Shown piece after piece: positions 1 through 9,826 of a stretch of 64,000 bases of DNA. Within the stretch, counting starts at the first letter, position 1. Every line of letters starts with the position of its first letter. Made by a program: the position numbers and the translations under genes. The stretch is taken from the NCBI GenBank assembly GCA_002774425.1, contig PEYJ01000011.1, positions 35,915 to 99,914 on the forward strand, read 5' to 3'. Below the pieces are notes generated by a model. The model made no database searches, was not told the origin of the DNA, and saw only the letters and a list, made by a program, of their open reading frames with translations. This DNA comes from Parcubacteria group bacterium CG08_land_8_20_14_0_20_48_21. GTDB taxonomy: Bacteria > Patescibacteriota > Patescibacteriia > UBA1544.

Positions 1-1052
1 GTCCCTTTGGCAAAACGCTTGTCTTCAAAAAATCCCATGGGACCGTTCCACACGATTGTTCGCGCTTGTGCCAATATCATTCCGTAAAATATGACTGTTT
101 CCGGACCTAGGTCAAGGATAACTTCATCTTTTTGCACGTTGCCTACCGCACAAGACCGCAAGCGATGGTACGCACTATTCTTCTTCGCAACGATAACGTC
201 CAGCGGCAGGTGTAATTGTTGACCGGAGAATTTTCGGGCGCGCAGCTTTCGCGCCATATCCGGCTCGGTGATTGATTGACCAATCGCCACCCCTCGCGCC
301 TGCAACATTGTATTGGCAAGCGCGCCACCAAGCAGCACGTCGTCCGCTTGCGTCAATATGTGTTTAAGCAGACTGAGTTTTGTTGAGATTTTTACCCCAC
401 CTACAACCACAACGTAGGGTTTGCGGGGACATGTCAGATACTTTTGTAAGTTCCGTAATTCCCGCTCTAGCCCATAGCCTGCAACCGCATGCGTTGCGCG
501 AGGAATGCGCACGGTACTCGCCTCAACGCGGTGGCATACGCTGAATGCATCCTGCACATAGACATCACACCATTGTGCTACGGTTTGCGCGAATGATGCA
601 TCATTTGCCTCTTCCTCCGGTATGAAGCGGATATTCTCCAATACGCCGACCGATCCTGGCGCAAGGCTATCCAGAAATATCTCGGTATGCGAAGTCATGC
701 GGCCTTTTTTATACCACACTCCCTCGTGCATAATCACCGGAGTATTCGGCAATAGGCGACGGATAATCGGCAGCAGGGGTTGGAGCGATAAAGCGGCACG
801 TGCCCTGCCGTGCGGTCTGCCTCGATGCCCTAAAAGTACGACACGCGCTTTTTTACGAATGAGCCAGCGCAAGGTCGCCACATTCTGCTCTAAACGGAAT
901 TTCGTATCTGCCGCAATGCGGCCGTGTATGACGGGAATATCCATGTTCGCGCGTACCCAGACGCGTTTGCCCCGTATATGCTTACAGTCCGTCAATTTTT
1001 GAAGGTTTGTGGGGTTTGTTTGTGTGTGGTGTGACAAGATTGAGCGCGGCAT
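1..1052 (-). CDS. pgk: Phosphoglycerate kinase (3' end outside window)
   Basis: Not in ORF track. Manual minus-strand translation from ATG at 1052 gives GKRVWVR, LLGHRGRP, LENIRF, DAFSVCHR, GGVK and TIVWNGPMGFFE; lies downstream of gap. Confidence 0.93.
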   Translation of the reverse strand, partial: MPRSILSHHTQTNPTNLQKLTDCKHIRGKRVWVRANMDIPVIHGRIAADTKFRLEQNVATLRWLIRKKARVVLLGHRGRPHGRARAALSLQPLLPIIRRLLPNTPVIMHEGVWYKKGRMTSHTEIFLDSLAPGSVGVLENIRFIPEEEANDASFAQTVAQWCDVYVQDAFSVCHRVEASTVRIPRATHAVAGYGLERELRNLQKYLTCPRKPYVVVVGGVKISTKLSLLKHILTQADDVLLGGALANTMLQARGVAIGQSITEPDMARKLRARKFSGQQLHLPLDVIVAKKNSAYHRLRSCAVGNVQKDEVILDLGPETVIFYGMILAQARTIVWNGPMGFFEDKRFAKG

Positions 1053-1219
1053 AGGATAGATGCGCAGGATTTTCCTGCATGCAATTACCTTGTCTTTATG
1101 GGTGAGTATATCACAAACGCGAGTCTTTTCCCATACATACCAATATTGTCATGCTGGCAAACAGAAAACAACCTCCATTTGTCGGCGGAGGAAAGTGAAA
1201 AACGACACCAGCCCTTCCT

Positions 1220-1957
1220 TTAGGTCCGTACTTTTACCACTTTGATCTTTACCTCGAGCACTTCATCCTGCGTAAAAACAGGTCCGACTTCAATGTTCAT
1301 TTTTTGGTAGAGAGTCTGCGGAATACCGATATCGGCAACAAATAACTCACCCATGACCTGTTTGGATTCAGGTTTTGCAAGTCCCGCTTTTGGAAGTCCG
1401 AGCGCAACCGTTGCTTTCGCAACTACACAGGGCGCATAGATAACTCCGGTCGTACTGTCTAATCCTGAAGGCAAATCAATGGAGATAATCTTTTTTGCAG
1501 ACCGATTTATGTGATCAATAATGTGCGCCACAGTTCCACGGGGATTGCCTTCCATGCCATATCCGAGCAGCGCATCCACAATGCAATCGGCATCCCGCGT
1601 TTCAATAGCAACTTCATCCGTTACTATCAACGGAAGCACGCCGGCTTTTTCCAATGCATACCAGTGCTGCTGCGACTCCGGGCCAAGTTCCTCCTTCGGG
1701 GAAGTTATGTATACCGAAACTTTAGCTCCCCAATTCACCAGGTTCCGCGCCACAACCAGACCAACACTTCCGTTATGTCCCTTGCCTGCGCAAATTACAA
1801 CTTTTTTATCGCGCGCGACGCCGCTCATGTAGTCGCGTGTTACCTTTGCCACATGCAACCCGGCTATCGTGGATGTCTGCAGAAGCGATACGCCGAACTC
1901 CTCCGTCATCAGACGGTCTATTTCGCGCATTTGTTCGGTGGTAACGGTTTGTAACAT
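1220..1957 (-). CDS. nnrE: NAD(P)H-hydrate epimerase (stand-alone YjeF_N domain)
   Basis: MREID start, DALLGYG, IDLPSG and DIGIP motifs; Gly-rich loop is divergent (GKGHNGSVG). Confidence 0.85.
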   Translation of the reverse strand: MLQTVTTEQMREIDRLMTEEFGVSLLQTSTIAGLHVAKVTRDYMSGVARDKKVVICAGKGHNGSVGLVVARNLVNWGAKVSVYITSPKEELGPESQQHWYALEKAGVLPLIVTDEVAIETRDADCIVDALLGYGMEGNPRGTVAHIIDHINRSAKKIISIDLPSGLDSTTGVIYAPCVVAKATVALGLPKAGLAKPESKQVMGELFVADIGIPQTLYQKMNIEVGPVFTQDEVLEVKIKVVKVRT

Positions 1958-2095
1958 ACAAAACCTTAAAACTTGAAACTTAAACTATCAATTCCCTTGT
2001 CCTGTAATTCGAATGTACTTTAATGCTCTATGTTATGATGATAGGTGGAGTATACCACATTTTTGCACATTGCTGAAATGTGCTGTGGATAATTT

Positions 2096-3094
2096 TTATT
2101 TTCCGGAGACCATTGCCATTTCTACGAGGCGGTTCGCATAGCCCCATTCGTTGTCATACCAGGCAACGACTTTTACCATATCACCATCAACGACTTTGGT
2201 GAGATTAAGATCTACGATAGATGAATGCGGATTGCCGATAATGTCACTTGATACCACCGGGTCATGGGTTACTTGCAACACGCCTTTATACAAGGGATTT
2301 TTCGCCGCATCGCGCATCGCGATATTTACCTCTTCTACGGTAACCTTTTTTTTAAGAAGAAAGGTGAAATCGGCAAGCGATCCTACCGGAACCGGTACGC
2401 GTACCGACAGGCCGTCAAAAAGCCCTTTGAGCTGCGGTATGACTTTTGTGGTAGCGTGTGCCGCTCCGGTTGTTGTCGGGACAATATTTTGCGCCGCTGC
2501 CCGCGCACGGCGCAAATCCTTGTGGGGTCCATCCACCAAGTTTTGATCGGCGGTATAGGCATGGATGGTGGTCATCATCGCCTTGCGCACTCCGAAGCGG
2601 CTCTGCATGACCGCGGCAACCGGCGTAATGCAGTTCGTCGTGCAAGATGCGTTGGAAATTATTTTTGCGGATTTTTTTATTTTGCCGTCATTCACGCCGC
2701 GTAGATACGTGGCAATGGATTCGGATTTTGCCGGCGCCGAGAGTATGACGCGTTTGGATCCGGCTTGCAAATGTCCTGCGGAGAGTTCTTGTGTTAAAAA
2801 CCTTCCCGTACATTCTAGAACGACATCCACTTGCCGTTCTTTCCAGGGAAGTTCAGCAGGTTCCTTAATCGCCGTAACCGGAAAGTACTCTTTGCCTACA
2901 ACCAGAGCGTCTTTTATCGCGCGAACGGATTTTCCGTACCTTCCATAAACCGTATCAAACTGCAAGAGGTGCGCGAGTGTTACGGTATCGGTCAAATCGT
3001 TGATGGCGGCTACGCGTATATTCTTTTTTTCAAGTGCTATTTTAAACGCGGCGCGCCCAATACGACCAAAACCGTTGATGGCGATGGTAAGCAT
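2096..3094 (-). CDS. gap: Glyceraldehyde-3-phosphate dehydrogenase, type I
   Basis: INGFGRIGR, SNASCTTNC, WYDNEWGY. Confidence 0.98.
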   Translation of the reverse strand: MLTIAINGFGRIGRAAFKIALEKKNIRVAAINDLTDTVTLAHLLQFDTVYGRYGKSVRAIKDALVVGKEYFPVTAIKEPAELPWKERQVDVVLECTGRFLTQELSAGHLQAGSKRVILSAPAKSESIATYLRGVNDGKIKKSAKIISNASCTTNCITPVAAVMQSRFGVRKAMMTTIHAYTADQNLVDGPHKDLRRARAAAQNIVPTTTGAAHATTKVIPQLKGLFDGLSVRVPVPVGSLADFTFLLKKKVTVEEVNIAMRDAAKNPLYKGVLQVTHDPVVSSDIIGNPHSSIVDLNLTKVVDGDMVKVVAWYDNEWGYANRLVEMAMVSGK

Positions 3095-3347
3095 GGAAAA
3101 AGAATTAAAGAGTAAGAAAGATGTGGTAAGTTACGAAAAATTTCCCCGTACTGCTTTTACAGCAACGCTTACTTCGTATTTCTTACCTGGGACTTATTTT
3201 TCACTATAGCACATTTTTTTCCCAAAAACAAAGTGCGCTAGCCAATACTATACGACATCGCATGTCATATAGTAAGGTCAAGATGCATCCAAACATCAAA
3301 AATACTCCGGTGAGTGCCAGAGTATGTACGTATTTTTTCTTTGATTA

Positions 3348-3935
3348 TTATTTCAATGCAAAGCGCGCGAAGCGACGCACCTCTATTTTCTCCCCTATTC
3401 TCCCAATCGCTTCGGTGATGATTTCCGCAACTGTTTTATCCTCATCTTTGATGAACGGCTGATCCAGTAAACATACTTCGGCGTAAAACTTTTTGAGCTT
3501 ACCGCTCATAATGTTTTCCCGCATCGCCTCGGGCTTACCTTCTTTTGCTAGCTGCTCACGATAAATCTCCTTTTCTTTTTCAAGCACGTCAGCGGGAATT
3601 TCATCCGCCGAGAGATACTGCGGATCAGTTGCCGCCACATGCATGGCAATATCGTAGGCAAGTACCCCGAATTGTTCGTTGCGCGCGACAAAATCGGTTT
3701 CTGCTACGAGCTCTATCATGGCACCAACCTGGCCGTTTGCGTGGATGTAAGCCGCGACACGACCTTCTTTGGTTTCACGATCTGCGCGCTTTGCCGCCAT
3801 TTTCTGTCCCCTCTTGCGCAGCTCTGCAACAGCTTTGTCCATATCGCCGCCTGCGGTTTCCAATGCTTTTTTCGCATCCATCATTGCCGCACCGGTTTTT
3901 TCACGGAGTTTTTTTACGTCTTGAGCGAAAATCAT
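3348..3935 (-). CDS. tsf: Elongation factor Ts (short form)
   Basis: VKKLREKTGA, ETDFVARN, VRRFARF; downstream of rpsB. Confidence 0.97.
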   Translation of the reverse strand: MIFAQDVKKLREKTGAAMMDAKKALETAGGDMDKAVAELRKRGQKMAAKRADRETKEGRVAAYIHANGQVGAMIELVAETDFVARNEQFGVLAYDIAMHVAATDPQYLSADEIPADVLEKEKEIYREQLAKEGKPEAMRENIMSGKLKKFYAEVCLLDQPFIKDEDKTVAEIITEAIGRIGEKIEVRRFARFALK

Positions 3936-3975
3936 AAAATTACGGAAGAGGTTAGGGCTAAGAAATACAAGGTAT

Positions 3976-4746
3976 TTATGCTTCGGTTATTTCTTTTGGA
4001 AACACGGCTTTCTGCGCGGATTTTGATTCTCTTGCTACAGGATTTGCTGCAACCGACTGTTCCTGCAGCTTACGCCCCTCATTTATCGCGTCGGTCAGTG
4101 TCTGCAGAATCAGCTCAACGCTTTTAATCGCATCGTCATTTGCTGGAATGGGATGATCAATCAATGAAGGATTGGTATTGGTATCGCACAGCGAAATAAG
4201 CGGGATATGCTGTTTACGCGCTTCGCGCAAGGCTGTTTTTTCACGCTTCAAGTCAACCAGAATGACTGCATCCGGATCCGTATCAAGATTTGCAACTCCT
4301 GAAAACAGCTTCTCCAACCGTTCAAATTTTTTGGTAAGTATGAGCTGCTCTTTTTTCGTATACTTATCCCAGCTGCCTAATTCCCGTTGCTCTTTCCACA
4401 CCCGGTACTGTTTAATCCGCTGCTTGACGACGGAAAAGTTGGTAAGCAACCCCCCTATCCAACGCTCGGTAATGTACGGCATGCCGCATGACTTGGCAAA
4501 GTTTGCCACCTTTTCCTGTGTCTGCTTTTTGGTGCCGACAAAGAGCAGAGTGCCTTTCTTTTTCGCCATATCGCGCGCAAAATTGGCAGCCTCCTGCAAG
4601 AGCCTTGCGGTTTCCTCAAGATTGATGATGTGCACGCCGGACCGCACCGTAAAAATGTACGGAATCATTTTTGGGTGACGCTTTCCCGTTTGATGCCCAA
4701 AATGCACACCGGCTTTGAGCATTTCAATAATGGATGGTGTCTGCAT
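3976..4746 (-). CDS. rpsB: 30S ribosomal protein S2
   Basis: AGVHFGH, FVGTK, RWIGGLLTN, IPANDD. Confidence 0.98.
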   Translation of the reverse strand: MQTPSIIEMLKAGVHFGHQTGKRHPKMIPYIFTVRSGVHIINLEETARLLQEAANFARDMAKKKGTLLFVGTKKQTQEKVANFAKSCGMPYITERWIGGLLTNFSVVKQRIKQYRVWKEQRELGSWDKYTKKEQLILTKKFERLEKLFSGVANLDTDPDAVILVDLKREKTALREARKQHIPLISLCDTNTNPSLIDHPIPANDDAIKSVELILQTLTDAINEGRKLQEQSVAANPVARESKSAQKAVFPKEITEA

Positions 4747-4919
4747 AAACTCCTTTTCGGCTCGTTGCGATAAACGCCGTTTACCGCCTCCGCCTTACCT
4801 CCATCTCGTTTGGCCGCCGTAACGGCGACTAAGGAGCAGTCTCTATGAGATGTGAGAGATACTAACGTAATAGTGAATACAACGAGTCACAGTGTACCAT
4901 ACTGTTTGCCATCACGCAA
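4747..4919 (-). promoter_or_regulatory. rpsB promoter and structured 5' leader (putative S2 autoregulatory element)
   Basis: TTGCGT-17-TACACT (4919-4891). Leader helix CATCTC/GAGATG encloses hairpin GTCGCCG-TTA-CGGCGGC and is followed by GGAGG tracts. Confidence 0.6.
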
Positions 4920-4952
4920 GATCCTCCGGTGTACGATTGGGATTACAAGCTC

Positions 4953-4981
4953 TTGCAAAAAAACTTGCGGCGTGGTAGAAT
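4953..4981 (+). promoter_or_regulatory. sigma70 promoter of rpmE
   Basis: TTGCAA-17 bp-TAGAAT with extended TG. Confidence 0.7.
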
Positions 4982-5085
4982 TTCCCCCGCAATAGGGTAT
5001 GGGGTTCGTGATCGCTGAAACTTCGGAAATTTGTTCCCATCCTTAAAATTACTTAGCGCAAACACGTATATATTTATATCGCTCT

Positions 5086-5466
5086 ATGCAGAAAGACATG
5101 CATCCAACCTACTACCAAAAATCCGTCATTACCTGTGTCTGCGGCGCGCATTTTTCTGTCGGATCAACCGTTGAGGCAATTAATGTGGAAATTTGCAGCG
5201 TGTGTCATCCGTTTTATACCGGCAAGCAAAAACTGGTAGATACCGCGCGCCGTGTTGACAAATTCCAAAAGCGCGTAGCCCTTCAGGAGTCCGTCGGACA
5301 GGGACGTAAGGGCAGGGCGGTAAAGCGTACTGCGCGCACGGCTAAAAAATCAACGCACAAAACGCTCAAGTTGTCTGATCTTGCCGATAAAGATGTTGTT
5401 GAAACTCCGGCAGAGGCACAGATGATAAAAAAGAAAAAGACAACGGTTAAAACTACAAAAAAATAG
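5086..5466 (+). CDS. rpmE: 50S ribosomal protein L31 (Zn-ribbon type) with Lys-rich C-terminal extension
   Basis: [23 protein letters not shown]. Confidence 0.96.
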   Translation: MQKDMHPTYYQKSVITCVCGAHFSVGSTVEAINVEICSVCHPFYTGKQKLVDTARRVDKFQKRVALQESVGQGRKGRAVKRTARTAKKSTHKTLKLSDLADKDVVETPAEAQMIKKKKTTVKTTKK

Positions 5467-5473
5467 CCCTCTC

Positions 5474-5535
5474 AAACGGTGTGGATTTTGTGTTCTGCTC
5501 TTGAGTAAGAGTGCGCAATCCCGCCGTTTTTCTTT
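5474..5535 (+). terminator. Long imperfect hairpin plus U-tract between rpmE and prfA
   Basis: Nested pairings AAACGG/CCGTTT, GGATT/AATCC, GCTCTT/AAGAGT, followed by TTTCTTT. Confidence 0.5.
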
Positions 5536-5585
5536 ACTGCTTTTTCTCACGACCGACTACCGGCGAAATAGTAACTTGTTACGCT

Positions 5586-6632
5586 ATACATCCCTTAACA
5601 ACCACCATTCTTGAACGTGTTACGGAACTCGAGCGCCAATTGAGCGACCCGGGTGTGGTTGCGGACACCCGAAAATTTGCGGTGCGGTCAAAAGAGTATC
5701 ACGCACTCATCGAACAAAAATTAGCGGTTGAGCAATACAATAATTTGGAAACAGCGCTTGTGGCGGCGCGAAAAGAATCGGCAGATGATACTAGCGAACT
5801 CGCAATGCTTGCGCAGGAAGAAACAATACGATTGAGCGGCGAGTTGGAGCGGGCGCGCAAAGAGCTCAACGCACTCTTACGTCCCCGCGACCCAAAAGAC
5901 ACAAAAGATAGTATTGTGGAAATTCGGGGGGGATCGGGCGGTGATGAGTCATCGCTTTTTGCCGCGGAGCTTTTTCGCATGTATAGCCGGTTTGCGGAAC
6001 TCAATGGATGGAAAATGACTGTACTCTCTTCTCACCGCACGGAAGTCGGCGGACTCAAAGAACTTATAGCGGAAGTGAAAGGCACGAGGGTATACGGCAC
6101 ACTCAAGTGGGAAAGCGGCGTGCATCGCGTCCAACGTGTTCCGGAAACCGAAAAGAGCGGCCGCGTGCACACGTCAACCGCAACGGTTGCAATACTGCCC
6201 GAAGCGGAAGAAATAGACGTTAAAATTAATCCTAAGGACTTAAAGGTTGATACGTTTTGTTCCAGCGGTGCGGGTGGGCAAAGCGTCAATACCACTTATT
6301 CCGCCGTGCGCATTACGCACCTTCCGACCAACATCGTTATTTCCTGCCAGGATGAGCGTTCGCAGACACAGAACCGAGAACGCGCCATGACCATTTTACG
6401 CGCGCGGCTTTTGGCTTTGGAAGAAGAAAAACAACGCAAAGAAATTGAGGCGGCGCGCAAAGCAACTATTGGCACAGGCGACCGGTCGGAAAAAATCCGC
6501 ACCTATAACTTTCCGCAGGACCGCGTTACCGATCACCGGATTAAGGAAAGCTGGTCCAACATTCCGGCAATCCTTGATGGCGGAATTGCGCCCATACTGG
6601 AAGCATTGGAAAAAGCAGAAGAAAATGCGTAA
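5586..6632 (+). CDS. prfA: Peptide chain release factor 1 (start uncertain: ATA 5586 or GTG 5511)
   Basis: [12 protein letters not shown] (PxT), [27 protein letters not shown]. Confidence 0.96.
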   Translation: MHPLTTTILERVTELERQLSDPGVVADTRKFAVRSKEYHALIEQKLAVEQYNNLETALVAARKESADDTSELAMLAQEETIRLSGELERARKELNALLRPRDPKDTKDSIVEIRGGSGGDESSLFAAELFRMYSRFAELNGWKMTVLSSHRTEVGGLKELIAEVKGTRVYGTLKWESGVHRVQRVPETEKSGRVHTSTATVAILPEAEEIDVKINPKDLKVDTFCSSGAGGQSVNTTYSAVRITHLPTNIVISCQDERSQTQNRERAMTILRARLLALEEEKQRKEIEAARKATIGTGDRSEKIRTYNFPQDRVTDHRIKESWSNIPAILDGGIAPILEALEKAEENA

Positions 6633-6701
6633 AAAATAGAAACTATCGCGGACAGCACGCAGGTAGATGATCAAAGCACCTGCGTATCTCGTATCACGTA
6701 T

Positions 6702-7619
6702 ATGTCCCATTCCATGGTAACCGTTGCTGAATTGCTTAAAAAAGCTACCGAACAATTACACGCGCACCATATTGACACCCCGGATCTTGATGCCGAGGTG
6801 CTTTTGTCTTGGGTACTCAACCGAGACCGCGCGTGGCTTTTCGTGCATGCCGATGCGCGTCTGACCGTTGTGCAAAAGGAAAAATTTTTTCGCGTGATAC
6901 AAAAACGCTCGCGCCGTGTTCCGATTGCCTATATCACCGGTAGCAAACCGTTTTACCGGTCGGACTTTATCGTCAATCAACACGTGCTCATCCCCCGCCC
7001 CGAAACGGAAACGCTGGTGGAAGAAGCGGTGCGTGCTCTAGGGGATAAGCGACATCCTGCTACGGTTGTTGATGTCGGCACTGGCAGCGGCTGTATCATG
7101 GTAAGCGTCGTACAAGAACTTTTGGCAAGAAGTGAAGATATTTCCGGTATGCGATTCTACGCAACCGATATATCTCACAAGGCGTTGCGTATTGCGAAAA
7201 AAAATGCAAAAAAAGAAGGTGTTGCAAAATATATCACTTTTTTACACGGTAATTTGTTGGAACCGTTTCTCATCCTGCAGAACGCCGTCCCTACGAAAAA
7301 ACTGTACATTCTTGCAAATCTTCCGTATCTTTCAGAAGTACAAATGCGCAATCTGCAACAGGAGGTCGCCCATGAACCGCGGGAAGCACTTGATGGCGGG
7401 GTTGAGGGATTGGCATACTACCGAAAACTTTTTGCGCAAATGCAAAACATGCGACGCGTACAGCGCGCGAGTATAATCTATACGCTATGCGAAATAGAGC
7501 CCGTGCAGGCAACGACGCTTACCAGCGAGATATGCAAAAACTTTCCAAGAACAACCGTACGCATGCGTAAGGATTTGCAGGGCAATGATCGCGTACTCCT
7601 AGCTCTCTCAAATCTATGA
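6702..7619 (+). CDS. prmC: Release factor glutamine methyltransferase
   Basis: VLIPRPETE, DVGTGSGC, ANLPY, ALDGG; follows prfA. Confidence 0.96.
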   Translation: MSHSMVTVAELLKKATEQLHAHHIDTPDLDAEVLLSWVLNRDRAWLFVHADARLTVVQKEKFFRVIQKRSRRVPIAYITGSKPFYRSDFIVNQHVLIPRPETETLVEEAVRALGDKRHPATVVDVGTGSGCIMVSVVQELLARSEDISGMRFYATDISHKALRIAKKNAKKEGVAKYITFLHGNLLEPFLILQNAVPTKKLYILANLPYLSEVQMRNLQQEVAHEPREALDGGVEGLAYYRKLFAQMQNMRRVQRASIIYTLCEIEPVQATTLTSEICKNFPRTTVRMRKDLQGNDRVLLALSNL

Positions 7620-9016
7620 TACTGCGAAACATCAAAGCAAGATTGTATCTTTTACTTCCCCCTCTTTCCGGATTGCTGCTGGCAACCACCTTCCCTCCCC
7701 TTGATTGGAATTGGAGTATTTGGATAAGTTTTGTGCCACTCCTCTTCTTTTGGTCAAAAAATATTTCTCTGCAACAGAAACTTGGCGGAGGCTTTGTTAC
7801 CGGATTGCTCTACTACAGTTTTGTCGCGCAGCCATTCTTGGGTGTTGCCAATTGGGCATGGGCTGATTTTGGCACCATTATAGCGGATAACCGCGCGCTC
7901 ATTCTTTTTTGGGTGTGGCTATGTGCCGGTATGGGCAGCGCGATAGGGTTGGGAGCGGTCGCTTACGCTCTCCATAAATTGAAAAACATTCCTCTCTTGC
8001 TGCTTTTCCCTTTTACTTTCGTCGTAAGCGAATGGCTGCGCGCTGCTATTTTTTTTCACTTCACCTGGGGACACATTGGCTACGCGGTACACGATCTTGC
8101 GCGCATACGCCAACTAGCCGGTATTATTGGTGTATACGGTGTGTCATTTTTTATCTGCACAATCAATGTACTTGTGTTGTTACTTATAAAACATATCCTG
8201 CTGAAAAAATATTATTCCGCCGTGGTATATACGTGCGTCATAGCGCTTGTGTACGCGGGTTCGTGGTTTTATGGAGTATACAGGATACAAGAAAACAGCG
8301 CGCCACCGATGAACGCGGTAATCCTGCCCAACGCCGCGGCAAGCGCATTCTCTCCCTTGTCATTCGCGCAAGCACTGGATACGGCGTTAGCAGGCAATCC
8401 TCAACTGGTCATTCTCCCTGAAAATTATTTTGGCGTGCCTTACGACCTAGCCGCAAAAACCTTTGTCCGTCAAATGTTTCTCCTTGCGCCAATGGCGGAA
8501 AATGCCTTCTCTATGCTCCTCAACCAATCATTGCGCCATCCGGATGTATTGTTTATTATGGGCTTGCACACGATTGAAAATGACCAACATTTCAACTCTG
8601 CCGTACTGCTGCAAGATGGCGCTCTGCGGGACACCTACCATAAACATTTTCTCTTTCCACTTGCAGAAAAAATTCCGGGAAGAGCGTTTTTAGAGAACTT
8701 TTGGACGGCAAATGCGTATCGTATTGCCGAAGGAAGCGGAAAACAGGTTGTGCGAAACCGCGAGCATACGATTGGCGTACTCATGTGCTCTGAAGCAATG
8801 TTTCCTCAACTCGCGCAAAACGCAAAAAAACAAGGGTCTGACTTCCTGGTAATTATCGGAAACGATGCTATTGCACAAAATGAGATTGTCCGTGATGAAT
8901 TGCTCGCCATGGCGCAGTTTCGCGCGGTGGAAACAAGGCAATGGATATTTCGCGCGACAACCAATGGTTATGCAACGATAATAAATACGAGTGGAGATAT
9001 TGAAAAAAATAGGTAA
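7616..9016 (+). CDS. lnt: Apolipoprotein N-acyltransferase-like membrane protein
   Basis: Multi-TM N-terminus (EWLR, WGHIGY, GVYGVSF) and nitrilase-fold triad PE / YHKHFLFPLAE / MCSE; FRAVE, RATTNG; ATGA overlap with prmC. Confidence 0.85.
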   Translation: MILRNIKARLYLLLPPLSGLLLATTFPPLDWNWSIWISFVPLLFFWSKNISLQQKLGGGFVTGLLYYSFVAQPFLGVANWAWADFGTIIADNRALILFWVWLCAGMGSAIGLGAVAYALHKLKNIPLLLLFPFTFVVSEWLRAAIFFHFTWGHIGYAVHDLARIRQLAGIIGVYGVSFFICTINVLVLLLIKHILLKKYYSAVVYTCVIALVYAGSWFYGVYRIQENSAPPMNAVILPNAAASAFSPLSFAQALDTALAGNPQLVILPENYFGVPYDLAAKTFVRQMFLLAPMAENAFSMLLNQSLRHPDVLFIMGLHTIENDQHFNSAVLLQDGALRDTYHKHFLFPLAEKIPGRAFLENFWTANAYRIAEGSGKQVVRNREHTIGVLMCSEAMFPQLAQNAKKQGSDFLVIIGNDAIAQNEIVRDELLAMAQFRAVETRQWIFRATTNGYATIINTSGDIEKNR

Positions 9017-9044
9017 CAAAAACTACAAACACATCTTATGCAAC

Positions 9045-9668
9045 TTACCAACAATGATTTACGCCAAACATGTCTGCTCCAAATTTTGTAGCATCAAAAC
9101 ACACATTCCACCACGATCCAACCGTCCCGTCTGAAAGACGTATATACCTGTCACTTGGACCAAGAGCGGTATTAGTTTTCAGCATAAATAAAATCGCGTA
9201 TTCTCCTGCGGGAAAATCGTCTTTATATAATCCATCAACCGCTGTATATCTTATGCGGCTGAATTCATCCTCGCCACCCTTTAATGTATCTACCATTGTT
9301 CCAGGATTGGGGAGGTTTGGCATATATGGCAACAACGCATTACGCAAAGTGTCGTTGGTAGCGTTTCCTTTCACTTCTGCGTATCCAAGTGTTGCCTCAC
9401 CTGAAGCAGGATAAATTCCATACTCGTCATAATAGAAATCTAGAGCTTTCGCGAGTGAATCAACATCCGCTAAAATTGTCGCGTCACGCGCTTTGGCGCG
9501 CGCGGTATTGAGCGCGGCAATTCCGGCAGTTGCGATAAAACTTATCACCGAAATGACGGTGAGAAGTTCAATGAGCGTAAAACCCCGCTTGTTGCGCAAA
9601 ACAACACCAAGATATTTTTTCGTGCGGGGATGTTGTTGCAGTAATGTTGATTTTTTGTTGCGCTGCAT
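9045..9668 (-). CDS. Type IV pilin / GspG-like prepilin
   Basis: Basic leader then G|FTLIELLTVISVI class III signal; ARAKARD..ALDFYY..GIYP; C-terminal Cys pair. ATG at 9668 preferred as start. Confidence 0.9.
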   Translation of the reverse strand: MQRNKKSTLLQQHPRTKKYLGVVLRNKRGFTLIELLTVISVISFIATAGIAALNTARAKARDATILADVDSLAKALDFYYDEYGIYPASGEATLGYAEVKGNATNDTLRNALLPYMPNLPNPGTMVDTLKGGEDEFSRIRYTAVDGLYKDDFPAGEYAILFMLKTNTALGPSDRYIRLSDGTVGSWWNVCFDATKFGADMFGVNHCW

Positions 9669-9826
9669 GGAGAAAGTATAGCACAAAAAGAGCGTGGGGA
9701 ATATGAGATGTGGATATACGGAAAATGAGGCTGCGGATTCCCTCATGCGCGGGCATGGCCGCTATTTTTTGTCTACACCAAACGCTCTGCGGCAAAGACC
9801 TCGGGTAAAGCGCACTCTTTTCTATA

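Noticed and set aside
2085-2093. DnaA box TGTGGATAA as a possible replication origin
   Set aside because: It is a single box with no cluster and no dnaA or dnaN nearby.
3348-3935. Short EF-Ts as a truncation
   Set aside because: The roughly 200-aa form is a known natural variant.
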